A stretch of DNA of 62,372 bases, counting the filler. It is 9 parts of 9 records of this genome, joined end to end, with 100 filler letters (N's around TTAATTAATTAA, not from the genome) between each part and the next. Parts side by side here need not be neighbours in the genome. Positions count along the whole stretch, not along the records: positions 41,412 to 50,599 come from SRR31156797_43654; positions 50,700 to 56,441 come from SRR31156797_43658; 7 more parts are not named here. One strand, given 5' to 3'. The notes below the pieces were generated by a model, which had not been told where the DNA came from, did no database searches, and saw nothing but the letters and a program-made list of their open reading frames with translations. The translations under genes and the position numbers were made by a program. Positions 41,412-50,792 of the stretch are shown piece after piece (positions within the stretch are counted from its first letter, which is position 1; every line of letters starts with the position of its first letter).

Positions 41412-42182
41412 CCCAAAGCCATCTGGGGTGATTTTGATACACTGACCTTGGATCAGAGTTACGAACTGGAAAAGATAGCGCGTGTTTGCGGCATCAAGTT
41501 TGACAAATTAAGAGAAATGAACCCGGAATTGCGCAAATTGAATACACCTGCTTATAAATATACAATTCGAATACCTAAGGGTAAACGCTCGATCCTGGAG
41601 CGCGAGATACTGGTAATGGAAGCTGCTCCCACACATGTGATCTACAAGGTGAAATCGGGTGATACGCTTTCAGAGATCGCAATGAAATACGGTGTAACAA
41701 TACAGGATATTGTAAATGCCAATAAATTAAAAAGTACATCCAGAATATATATTGGTCAGAAACTTGTCTTACCACAGGGTGGATCATCAAGATTGACATC
41801 AGGTTCTATACATAGCAGTAAAACATCTTCTACATCGGGAAAACCTGATCTGTCCGCATCGCACAGAAAAATACTTTATACGGTAAAACCCGGCGATACC
41901 CTGGGTGATATAGCGGAAGTTTACGATACGCGCGCATCAAGGATCCGGGTATGGAACGGCTTGGTATACGGCGAGCACATTTACCCTAAGCAAAAATTGA
42001 CAATATGGGTCCCCAAAGGGAATAGTTATCAAACGGTAGCTCAATATTATACCGTCAAAAGTGGTGATTCTTTTGAAAGGATAGCCAAGAAATACGGTTT
42101 AAGTGCCGCTGAACTGAAGAAATTGAATCCCAGTATGAATTATTCGAAAATTTATCCCGGAGATAAAATCAGAATTCAATAA
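41412..42182 (+). CDS. multi-LysM protein, probably MltD-like lytic transglycosylase, N-terminus truncated
   Basis: LREMNPELR plus three LysM repeats (YKVKSGDTLSEIA, YTVKPGDTLGDIA, YTVKSGDSFERIA). Confidence 0.85.
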   Translation, partial: PKAIWGDFDTLTLDQSYELEKIARVCGIKFDKLREMNPELRKLNTPAYKYTIRIPKGKRSILEREILVMEAAPTHVIYKVKSGDTLSEIAMKYGVTIQDIVNANKLKSTSRIYIGQKLVLPQGGSSRLTSGSIHSSKTSSTSGKPDLSASHRKILYTVKPGDTLGDIAEVYDTRASRIRVWNGLVYGEHIYPKQKLTIWVPKGNSYQTVAQYYTVKSGDSFERIAKKYGLSAAELKKLNPSMNYSKIYPGDKIRIQ

Positions 42183-42187
42183 ATTAC

Positions 42188-42216
42188 TTGCATAAACTTT
42201 TAAAAAAAACTATCTT
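42188..42216 (+). promoter_or_regulatory. sigma70 promoter giving a possibly leaderless HU mRNA
   Basis: TTGCAT-N17-TATCTT ending 8 nt before ATG 42225; no SD. Confidence 0.5.
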
Positions 42217-42224
42217 ACACGGCT

Positions 42225-42512
42225 ATGAGAAAATCAGACATTATAAAAGAAATATCGGCGCAGACAGGCTTAACCCAGGTTGAGACAGAAGCGGTTATCG
42301 AAGGCTTCATTACTATCGTAAGCGAAGCATTGATTCAGGGTGAAAGAGTTGACTTACGCGGCTTTGGTAATTTTATTCTGAAGACACGTAAGGCAAAGGC
42401 AGCCCGTAACATTTCAACAGGTGAAACGGTACAGGTACCCGAACACTATTTGCCTTATTTCAAGGCATCTGAATCGTTGAAAGAACGAGTTAATAACAAC
42501 TTAAAGAAATAG
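42225..42512 (+). CDS. hup: HU/IHF family DNA-binding protein
   Basis: MRKSDIIKEI, GERVDLRGFGNF, RKAKAARNISTGE, PYFKAS. Confidence 0.92.
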   Translation: MRKSDIIKEISAQTGLTQVETEAVIEGFITIVSEALIQGERVDLRGFGNFILKTRKAKAARNISTGETVQVPEHYLPYFKASESLKERVNNNLKK

Positions 42513-42531
42513 TTTACTAGGAGGTAGGTTA

Positions 42532-42627
42532 ATGCCCTGCGGTAAAAAACGTAAAAAAAGCAAGATCCGTAATCATAAGCGGAAAAAGCGTCTTAGAAAA
42601 AATAGACATAAGAAGAAAAACAAATAA
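42532..42627 (+). CDS. 31-aa basic bS22-like (AURKAIP1/COX24-domain) ribosomal peptide
   Basis: AGGAGGT SD, MPCGKKRKKSKIRNHKRKKRLRKNRHKKKNK, then a terminator; below the ORF-track cutoff. Confidence 0.85.
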   Translation: MPCGKKRKKSKIRNHKRKKRLRKNRHKKKNK

Positions 42628-42632
42628 TTTTT

Positions 42633-42660
42633 AAGAGACTGTTCGCGGTCTCTTTTTTTT
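42633..42660 (+). terminator. intrinsic terminator
   Basis: AAGAGACTG-TTCG-CGGTCTCTT followed by a T-run. Confidence 0.8.
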
Positions 42661-42672
42661 ATAATAATATTT

Positions 42673-42905
42673 GTAGAGACGCAGCACTGCTGCGTCTTTG
42701 CTATATAGGGGATAAATTTTGCGTAAATGTACGAAATAGGCATGCCTGTTCCATACATCAACATTTCAACAACATCATTCCATGAATAGATCTTTCGACT
42801 TCGTTTCGCATGATCACCTTCGCTCAAGATGACGGATTATTTCGCATTTCAACATGTCACTATAATACGTTTCTTTCGTTTTACGTTTTACATCTCACGT
42901 TTTAC
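42673..42905. repeat. cluster of REP-like palindromes and heptamer repeats
   Basis: GTAG-AGACGCAGCA-C-TGCTGCGTCT; GAAATAGGCATGCCTGTTCC-ATAC; TTCGCTCAAGATGAC-type element; TTTTACG/TCTCACG heptamers. Confidence 0.55.
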
Positions 42906-42952
42906 TTATTTATCCTTTTATAAAAATCCTAATTATGTTATTTTCCAACAGC

Positions 42953-44158
42953 ATGTTAAACATCAAAAGCGTTTCAGACATTACGGCTATGATAAAGGCG
43001 AAGCTGGAAAAAGATATTCCACCTATGCTCTTAAAGGCCGAGATATCAGAATGTAAATTTCATTACAGCGGTCATGTTTACATGACGCTTAAGGACAGTG
43101 GAGCTGTGATGCCTGCTGTGATCTGGAAAAGCACTGCTACACAATTGAAGACCAAACCGGCTGTTGGTATGGAGGTCTTGATATTTGGACAATTAAGTGT
43201 CTATGCTCCTCACGGAAAATACCAGTTCATTATTCAATCACTGCAAGAAGCCGGAAAAGGTGAACTATACGCGCAATATGAAATGATAAAGGCAAAATTG
43301 ATAGAGGAAGGCCTTACTGATCGTGATAGAAAAGAAGCGATCCCGACCTACCCTTTGCATGTTGGGCTGATAACTTCCGAAACGGGTGCTGCATTACAGG
43401 ATATGCTTCGCGTATTCGCTCATGATGCTCCACAGGTCAAACTTACCTTATCTCCAGCCCGTGTGCAGGGAAGAGGTGCTGCTAAAACCGTGATAGAAGC
43501 TCTTGAAGGGCTTAAGATCCTAAAGCCAGACCTTGTATTATGTGCGCGTGGCGGAGGCTCTATAGAGGACCTATGGGAGTTTAATGATGAATTACTGGCG
43601 CGATATGTTGCGGACTATCCCATACCGCTTGTTTCCGGTATTGGTCATGAGACAGATACGACATTAATTGATCTGGTTTCGGATCATAGAGCCTCGACTC
43701 CAACCAACGCCGCAGAATTCGTATGTGCACCCTGGCGGGAAGTGAAAATAACGCTCAACCAGATGGATTATACGCTCTCAAGCAGTATGGAGCGTGCGAT
43801 CTTGAAGCAGCAAGAACGCTTAATTAATTTTCAACGTTATCTTTCATCCAAGGGGTTATCCGATAATCTTAATAATCTTCAAGAAAAGATTAATTACCTG
43901 ATGAAAAGATCAAGTCAGAGTATGAAAAATCATTTCGATATGAAGAAGACAAGATATGAGGGCTTGAATGGAAAATTATTTGCTTATTCACCTCAAAATG
44001 TTCTGAAAAAAGGGTATACCTTAATAAAGGACAGGAACGATAATCTGCTTCGTTCAGTAGAAAGTTTGAAGCCGGGTGATGATATCAGCATAGCATTCCA
44101 TGACGGTTCAGCGGATGCTGAAATAAAATCGATCAAAAAAGGATCAAAAGATGAGTAA
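42953..44158 (+). CDS. xseA: exodeoxyribonuclease VII large subunit
   Basis: SGHVYMTLKD, ITSETGAALQD, RGGGSIEDLWEFN, SGIGHETD, ASTPTNAAE. Confidence 0.96.
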   Translation: MLNIKSVSDITAMIKAKLEKDIPPMLLKAEISECKFHYSGHVYMTLKDSGAVMPAVIWKSTATQLKTKPAVGMEVLIFGQLSVYAPHGKYQFIIQSLQEAGKGELYAQYEMIKAKLIEEGLTDRDRKEAIPTYPLHVGLITSETGAALQDMLRVFAHDAPQVKLTLSPARVQGRGAAKTVIEALEGLKILKPDLVLCARGGGSIEDLWEFNDELLARYVADYPIPLVSGIGHETDTTLIDLVSDHRASTPTNAAEFVCAPWREVKITLNQMDYTLSSSMERAILKQQERLINFQRYLSSKGLSDNLNNLQEKINYLMKRSSQSMKNHFDMKKTRYEGLNGKLFAYSPQNVLKKGYTLIKDRNDNLLRSVESLKPGDDISIAFHDGSADAEIKSIKKGSKDE

Positions 44159-44354
44159 AGAAAGAACTTTTGAAGAAGCCATGATGGAGCTTGAATCCAT
44201 TGTGAAAAAAATTGAAAGTGAAGATACGCCTCTTGAAGAGATATTGGATCTTTATGAAAAAGGATCTGAACTCAGTGCATTTTGTCAGGAAATATTGAGT
44301 AAAACTCAAGAAAAACTGGAAAGCATCCAAAAGCAGGCGGAGAAAGGGGACTAA
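44151..44354 (+). CDS. xseB: exodeoxyribonuclease VII small subunit
   Basis: TFEEAMMELESIVKKIE...LEE..DLYEKG; overlaps the xseA stop. Confidence 0.95.
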   Translation: MSKERTFEEAMMELESIVKKIESEDTPLEEILDLYEKGSELSAFCQEILSKTQEKLESIQKQAEKGD

Positions 44355-44355
44355 T

Positions 44356-45360
44356 ATGAAAAAAGCGATCTTAATACTATTTTCGATTATTATCTTATTC
44401 TCGTGTTCCGGTTATAAGCCGCTTGCAGGAGGATCTCCCATAGCGATTAATACACTTGTAAGTGAAGGATTATGGGAAGATATTGAGGATGAATTTTCGA
44501 AGAAAATCGAATTTGAGATCCGTACTCCTCAGATCGAACAGTTATTCTACTTCTCAAGATTTGAATTGGAAGACTACAAGATATTCCGCGATGATAAGCT
44601 TATCCTTTTGGTGGCTACTCTTGACGGAAAAGATAAAATATCAACATTTATTCAGAATAGCATTTCGGATGAGATCAAAGCTAAGGTTATGGCCGGTGAA
44701 CAATTCTTCTTTTACGAATACGATAAATATGCCGAGCGACAAACTTATATGCTTTTAGTGACGAATAATAAAGAAGAAATGAAAAAATTCATTCAGGAAA
44801 AGGGTTCACAGGTTTACCAGGCTATCAATCAGGGTTTTCTTGCAGGACAATTCGAGCAGTTATACCATACTGCCGAAGAAAAACAGATATCAGATGATCT
44901 GTTTGAGGAATTCGGCTTTTCATTCAGACTTCCGCATTCCTATGAGATCATTGAGATAGATACGGCACGTCATATTTTGCATCTGGGTGTACCGCGTCCG
45001 CAACGTAATATCATTGTCTATTGGATGGATGGTGGTTTTAATAAGATCGTTGATGAAGATTGGGCCTTAAGAATGAAATATTGGTTGATGCAGAATCAGA
45101 TGGATAAGATCTATATCGAAAAATCCTATGCCCGCTATCGTACGGTTGATTGGAATGGTGTGATCGTAAATAATATCCGAGGACTTTGGGGGCATCCTAC
45201 CAAGGTCATGGGTGGTCCGTTTACGATGTTTTATTTCTATGATGGTGTTACGGACCGTACGTATATCATAGATTGCATGGTTTATGCTCCGGGACAGAGC
45301 AAGGCAGTATTTTTAAGGCAAATGGAGATCGTGGCGAGCACGTTCTATACATCGAAATAA
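44356..45360 (+). CDS. DUF4837-family lipoprotein
   Basis: Lipobox LFSC; RGLW...MGGPF, YAPGQSKAVFLRQME. Confidence 0.75.
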   Translation: MKKAILILFSIIILFSCSGYKPLAGGSPIAINTLVSEGLWEDIEDEFSKKIEFEIRTPQIEQLFYFSRFELEDYKIFRDDKLILLVATLDGKDKISTFIQNSISDEIKAKVMAGEQFFFYEYDKYAERQTYMLLVTNNKEEMKKFIQEKGSQVYQAINQGFLAGQFEQLYHTAEEKQISDDLFEEFGFSFRLPHSYEIIEIDTARHILHLGVPRPQRNIIVYWMDGGFNKIVDEDWALRMKYWLMQNQMDKIYIEKSYARYRTVDWNGVIVNNIRGLWGHPTKVMGGPFTMFYFYDGVTDRTYIIDCMVYAPGQSKAVFLRQMEIVASTFYTSK

Positions 45361-45377
45361 ATTCTTTAAACATCAAT

Positions 45378-45609
45378 GTAGGGGCTGGATATATCCAGCC
45401 CTTTTACTATAAACCAATAATCTTGAATGTGTAGGGGCGATTCGAGAGTCGCCCAGAAGTTGAGGGCGGGTCAAGCCCCGCCCGTACATATGAGATAAAG
45501 CTTTTATTAAGAACAGAGAGAGTACATGTGTAAAGATTGCAGCTGATTTTTAAATATCGAATAAGGATATTCGAGTTGCGAAGTGTAGGGGACAGATACT
45601 TCTGTCCCG
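45378..45609. repeat. GTAG-type REP palindromes including an inverted doublet
   Basis: GTAGGGGCTGGATATATCCAGCCC (45378); GTAGGGGCGATTCGAGAGTCGCCC (45431) facing GGGCGGGTCAAGCCCCGCCCGTAC (to 45487); GTAGGGGACAGATACTTCTGTCCC (45585). Confidence 0.7.
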
Positions 45610-45743
45610 AAACATAATACCAAACTGTCATCCCGCCGGGATCTATATTATTTGATTCGCCCAATTATTATAAGTGGAGACAGTTTATGTCCGGGATAAA
45701 TTTGTTTTAGTAAAATTCTCAGGATAACAAGTTTTATACTATA

Positions 45744-45779
45744 ATAAAGAAAGGCTGTCAAACGACAGCCTTTCTTTAT
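45744..45779 (-). terminator. terminator after the large secreted protein
   Basis: Perfect 16-bp inverted repeat ATAAAGAAAGGCTGTC-AAAC-GACAGCCTTTCTTTAT. Confidence 0.8.
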
Positions 45780-45801
45780 ATTTAAATCAGTATGATTTAG
45801 T

Positions 45802-48800
45802 TTATTTCAAGAAGGTCATCTTCTTAACGTCAACAAAATCTCCAGTGGTCAAGCGGTAGATATACATACCGGTTGCAACACTGTTACCGAAATCATCACG
45901 ACCGTTCCAAACGATCTTCTTATAACCGGCAGCAATACCAGTGTTATTTACGAGTGTGCGAACTTTACGTCCGGTAATGTCGTAAATGACCAACTTGACA
46001 TCTGCAACTTCCGGCAGGTCAAAGTTGATGGTTGTTGTCGGGTTGAAGGGGTTCGGATAGTTTTGATGCAGAGCGAACTCTGTAGGTATACCGTCAATGG
46101 CAACCTCAAGAGTATCGTTATTATACCAATAGGTAAATTCTTCAGCGGCTGCAGGAACAACTAATTGACGATTAGCTCCACCACTTGGGAATTCTGATGT
46201 ATCCCAAGAACCATTGATGCGGAATTTAAACTCTTGCGTTGAGTAAGGCATCATTGGAACAGTAACTGAATAAGTTGTATCGCCGTCAAAATCATTGGCG
46301 ACAGTTGAAGTACCATCCCAGCCGTTGAATGTACCAGCAGCATCTACATAATCAAGTGCTAAGTTGAATGCACCGTCAGCAAGCTGTTTTTTCATGATAA
46401 CGCTAAGCGTAACATCAACAGGTGAGAGCATTTGACGTTCTGTAAAGCCATCGATGTAAAGAACAGCATCTTCATCTGCAGAAGAACTGATATGAACATC
46501 AGCGATCTTTACTGTTTCGCCTGTGATCTCACCGTTACCGGTGATCCAGCCTTCAGCCATGTCATTTGCAAGATCAAAGCTTACGACCTGCCAGTCATTA
46601 CCGCAAAGTGTAATTTCTTTCCACATTGCGCGTTCATAACCGGTATCTTTAATGGTCATTGTGATCTTAACATCAGCTGCAGTACCCTTGATCAAGAACA
46701 TCAAGATGGAGTTTGATTTAACAACTGTATTATATGATGGATAGTCGTAAGGAATACGTACGAACCAACCACCATCAGCAGCAGGATCATCAAGAATGTT
46801 CATCTTACCTGATTTACTGCCTTCATATGCTTCTTCATCACTGACATCAAATGTTGATGTAGTAAGAATACCACCTGTAGAACCTGAGTATGTCAAAGTT
46901 TTGAACGCACCAACGTTTGTTTCAAAATCTTCGAGTACCAATGCGGCATCTTCGGGGTGAGCATCACTGAAGGGGACATAAACCCGGTTGCCCCATGAGG
47001 TATCAGCTTTGGATACTGTAGAACCAACAGCTGTTAAACCTGAAGTAACAAGATTTGTATTATGATCTTCAGTCAGATCAACTGTCAGCATCAAAGCATT
47101 AGGTGCAACGATAGTTACAGCTGTAGGTACAGCTTCTGCACCACCATCATCAGTGTCGATAACTTTGAAGTTAGCTGTAGTTGCTGCAGCCAGAGGTAGA
47201 TCAAACTCTACATAATATGCAGGTGTACCGTCTACCACAACAACCTGTGCATCTACGATCATCGGAGGTGCGGGGAAGTCGAAAGTAATAACTTGCGTAT
47301 CACTGTAGGACATTTCCATCATCGGATCTGTTGCAGTGAAATAGTAAGTATATGTACCGTTCATTCCATAAGGTTCATCTGGGTTGATAGGAATATACAT
47401 GAATGTATCAACAGAGGTAATAGGATCTTCAGGTCCGTCACCAATGAAGTGCATTTCATAAACCAATGTATCGCCTTCAGGATCATCAGCATCTGTCCAG
47501 TTCATGAACAGTGCTTTAACCGTATCACCACCCATTACGTAGTTTTCAATACCGGCATCATCCAGTGATGAGAATACTGCAGAATCTGCAGGGTTCAGCA
47601 TCATGAAAGGATTCGGAGGAAGATTTGTTAGGAAATCATCCATATAACGTGGCATCATCTGAGGAACATTGTACCAACCAACGACACCAACAAGATCTAA
47701 TGGCCATGATTCAGGAGGATCGGAGTCTACCATTTCTCCATCACTATCAATACGCATGATAAATTCGTTTGTACCATCTGTCAGTGTTTGACTGGAACTG
47801 TATGAAGGCCATGTAAAACCGTCAACAGTATCAACATCTTCGATTACGACTAACAAACCATGATTATCAGCAAGTTCAGGAACAGTGATAAGTTTAGGTT
47901 CAACTACATTCCCTTTGCTTAATACGGCATAATCGTCAATATATTTGACTTGTTGTAAACCGTTATATTGTGCTCTTTCTCCAACAAAAAGGATCTCATC
48001 GCCTTCTTCAACGATTTCGTCATTGATCAAATCCCATTCGTAAAGTGCGATACCTGCTGTTGCATCCTGTCCAAAGAGAGGAGCACCAATGGTTGTCGCT
48101 GTAAGAACACAAATACCTGCACAATCATCTCCAATGGCAACACCGGATGTCAGTTCAGCAATATCTGCTGATGGAATAATATCCATGTACTGGTCATCCC
48201 ATACTACATTATCGACAAATGCGGTATCAACTGTACCGGCTTTTGCGCCGCCAATACGGATATAACCGTCTTCTGCGTCAGCAATACCGATAATATTATA
48301 AGTAACCCAAGCGGTATCACTGATACACGAATAGGCTACCTGATCGTTTCCAAGACCTTGAACTGAAACTTCCAGTACATTGCCTGCGCCTTCCCATAGA
48401 GATGTCTGAATATCTATAGAAAGTTTATAAACTGAACCGACCGTTGCTTTAACAGGTCGTTTTGCAAGCATGCTGTAGCCAGCATCAGAGAGCATTAACA
48501 TACTGTCAGTTTGAGCTTCAGCTGTCCATGCATTTGATTCATCATAATGACTCCAGTTAGCAACATCAGTTGCATCGTCGAAAGTCAGATCCAAATCGTT
48601 GCTGGCAGGGTAAGCCGTACCTTCATCGGCACCGGCATATACAAAGAAAGTACCGCGCATGTCACCATCGATATCTTCTGTAATACCAACTGTGGGCATT
48701 ACAAGATCAAGGTCAACATCCGAAGGTGCTGCCAAGTGCAGATCTGTGGCGCTTGCAAATGTTACAGCGACAGAGTCTGAACCGGCATCTTGACCAAAAG

Positions 48801-50529
48801 CTTTCCAATCAGCAAGATCGGCATAGTCCGTACCTGCGTATGATGCAAGTTTTTCAGCGGAAACGAGAATGTTGTTATTGGAAGTGATTGTTTTTGCAGC
48901 AACCAGATTGATAGCTGCTGATGCGGCAGTACCTGCATTATCATTGATGATAATGTTGTTCTTTAGGTCTATTACACCAAGTCCGGTGCTTGAGTTACCG
49001 ACACCGTAGCATTCACCGGCACCTTCTACAACAAAGGTGTTATGGTAAACGTTGTATGTCTGTGCATTATTTGCTGACCATAAAAGCATACCGTAAACAG
49101 GCAGTGTTTCAGATGCTACACCCGTTAAGAATGTATTGTTGTATACATTGTATACAGCACCACCCGGATGACTGGCTGTAGAAAATCCAGCAACCTTTGT
49201 TACACCACTTGTTCCGTGATCTTCAGCAAACGTAACTGTATTACCGTAAAAATCTGAGCTGCTTACCCATGACAGGTTGATACCATAAGAGTATGAATAA
49301 CCTGATGCAGAGGGGTACATAATAATATTGTTGTCTGCGACAGTCACAGGACCGGCAATGTAAGTGGTAACACCACGTGCACCGGCATGGATATCACAAT
49401 CCATTACGTCAGCAGCACCAAAGCCATTGGTCCAGTCACCCCAGATAGCAACACCATCACGCCATATTGGCCAATCAGGTGAACCGATCTGGCAGTTTTC
49501 AACTGAGAAGCTGTTGCCGCCGATATCGTTAGATACGACACCGTATTTAAAACCGATTGTAACATTATCAAGGTTCTTAATGATAAGGTTTTTAATAACA
49601 ACCTCTTCAATACCTGTGGCATTAATACCAAAAGGAACTCTGATATCGTTTGTTTCTGTGGTTACTATCAAGTTACGAGAGTCTGTACCGTCGTTGCTTC
49701 CGTCAAAGGTAACATAACCTTGGTCGAAACCGATCATCTGATCGCCATTACCCTGTGAGGCACCGGCGCCAACGATCAATACAACATCACGGCCTTCAGC
49801 AGGTTTGACGGTGACATTATTGTCAGCATCAAGAGCAGCATTGAATGTAAAGCTGTTTTCTCTCAAAGTATCGGCATCAAGGATCAAATTGATCTCTCCG
49901 ACTACGCCGTTAGCATTGATCGAATCGACAGCTTCTTCCAATGTTGCCCAACCTTTATCATGTGAGCCTTTGGGAATGAAGTAATCATTCGGATCTTCTG
50001 CAGGAGGTGCAGTTTCTATAATTGAAAGATCATCCCAATAAGTGACGGCTCCGGAGTATGTACGAAGTTCAAATAACAGAGTGTCTGCATTTTCTGGAGC
50101 GACAACACTTGTGGTGTATTCTGTCCATGCTCCACCATTATTATCCAGATAATTACCTTCCGGACCTCGTAATTCATCTCCGTTGTAAGTGTAGTCACTT
50201 GCGCCTTCACTTCTCCATACGGACCAGATCCTTGCATCGCTACCGTCATTTTCAACCACTTTATACCATATTGATATATCATAGGTATAACCCGGTGTGA
50301 CCGTAACATATTGTGCAAGATCTTTTGTACCACCGACATGTTTAGCGGAATATGTTCCACCATGGACACTATCGGCATCTTGAGTGATGTCCTCAAATTT
50401 GTACCACCCCGTTGGGGTGTTCGCATCAGTCCAGGCTTCGAGATCTCCATTCACGAGAATCTCGGTCTGTCCTAATGCAAATGTTGTCAGAATAAAAACC
50501 GACAACAATGCAATTAGCACTTTTTTCAT
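45802..50529 (-). CDS. large secreted multidomain protein with T9SS type A / FlgD-Ig-like C-terminal sorting domain
   Basis: Signal peptide, CBM-like N-terminus (NGDLEAW), beta-helix-like region (YNVYHNTF, LKNNIIIN), OB-fold-like GERAQYNGLQQV, C-terminal FALHQNYPNPFNPTTTINFDLP...WNGRDD.GNSVATGMYIYRL. Confidence 0.85.
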   Translation of the reverse strand: MKKVLIALLSVFILTTFALGQTEILVNGDLEAWTDANTPTGWYKFEDITQDADSVHGGTYSAKHVGGTKDLAQYVTVTPGYTYDISIWYKVVENDGSDARIWSVWRSEGASDYTYNGDELRGPEGNYLDNNGGAWTEYTTSVVAPENADTLLFELRTYSGAVTYWDDLSIIETAPPAEDPNDYFIPKGSHDKGWATLEEAVDSINANGVVGEINLILDADTLRENSFTFNAALDADNNVTVKPAEGRDVVLIVGAGASQGNGDQMIGFDQGYVTFDGSNDGTDSRNLIVTTETNDIRVPFGINATGIEEVVIKNLIIKNLDNVTIGFKYGVVSNDIGGNSFSVENCQIGSPDWPIWRDGVAIWGDWTNGFGAADVMDCDIHAGARGVTTYIAGPVTVADNNIIMYPSASGYSYSYGINLSWVSSSDFYGNTVTFAEDHGTSGVTKVAGFSTASHPGGAVYNVYNNTFLTGVASETLPVYGMLLWSANNAQTYNVYHNTFVVEGAGECYGVGNSSTGLGVIDLKNNIIINDNAGTAASAAINLVAAKTITSNNNILVSAEKLASYAGTDYADLADWKAFGQDAGSDSVAVTFASATDLHLAAPSDVDLDLVMPTVGITEDIDGDMRGTFFVYAGADEGTAYPASNDLDLTFDDATDVANWSHYDESNAWTAEAQTDSMLMLSDAGYSMLAKRPVKATVGSVYKLSIDIQTSLWEGAGNVLEVSVQGLGNDQVAYSCISDTAWVTYNIIGIADAEDGYIRIGGAKAGTVDTAFVDNVVWDDQYMDIIPSADIAELTSGVAIGDDCAGICVLTATTIGAPLFGQDATAGIALYEWDLINDEIVEEGDEILFVGERAQYNGLQQVKYIDDYAVLSKGNVVEPKLITVPELADNHGLLVVIEDVDTVDGFTWPSYSSSQTLTDGTNEFIMRIDSDGEMVDSDPPESWPLDLVGVVGWYNVPQMMPRYMDDFLTNLPPNPFMMLNPADSAVFSSLDDAGIENYVMGGDTVKALFMNWTDADDPEGDTLVYEMHFIGDGPEDPITSVDTFMYIPINPDEPYGMNGTYTYYFTATDPMMEMSYSDTQVITFDFPAPPMIVDAQVVVVDGTPAYYVEFDLPLAAATTANFKVIDTDDGGAEAVPTAVTIVAPNALMLTVDLTEDHNTNLVTSGLTAVGSTVSKADTSWGNRVYVPFSDAHPEDAALVLEDFETNVGAFKTLTYSGSTGGILTTSTFDVSDEEAYEGSKSGKMNILDDPAADGGWFVRIPYDYPSYNTVVKSNSILMFLIKGTAADVKITMTIKDTGYERAMWKEITLCGNDWQVVSFDLANDMAEGWITGNGEITGETVKIADVHISSSADEDAVLYIDGFTERQMLSPVDVTLSVIMKKQLADGAFNLALDYVDAAGTFNGWDGTSTVANDFDGDTTYSVTVPMMPYSTQEFKFRINGSWDTSEFPSGGANRQLVVPAAAEEFTYWYNNDTLEVAIDGIPTEFALHQNYPNPFNPTTTINFDLPEVADVKLVIYDITGRKVRTLVNNTGIAAGYKKIVWNGRDDFGNSVATGMYIYRLTTGDFVDVKKMTFLK

Positions 50530-50792
50530 GAGTCTACTCCTTCTGTTAGTTTTAAACTATATTTATTTTTTTGAACGCCAAAAAATATATGACATATATN
50601 NNNNNNNNNNNNNNNNNNNNNNNNNNNNNNNNNNNNNNNNNNNTTAATTAATTAANNNNNNNNNNNNNNNNNNNNNNNNNNNNNNNNNNNNNNNNNNNNA
50701 AAATGACAATCCATATATTTTGAACCAGGAACGAAAGCTGAAACGGCTATACTTGAATAAGGCTTGTTAATGAAGACTCTTGGGTTGGGATA

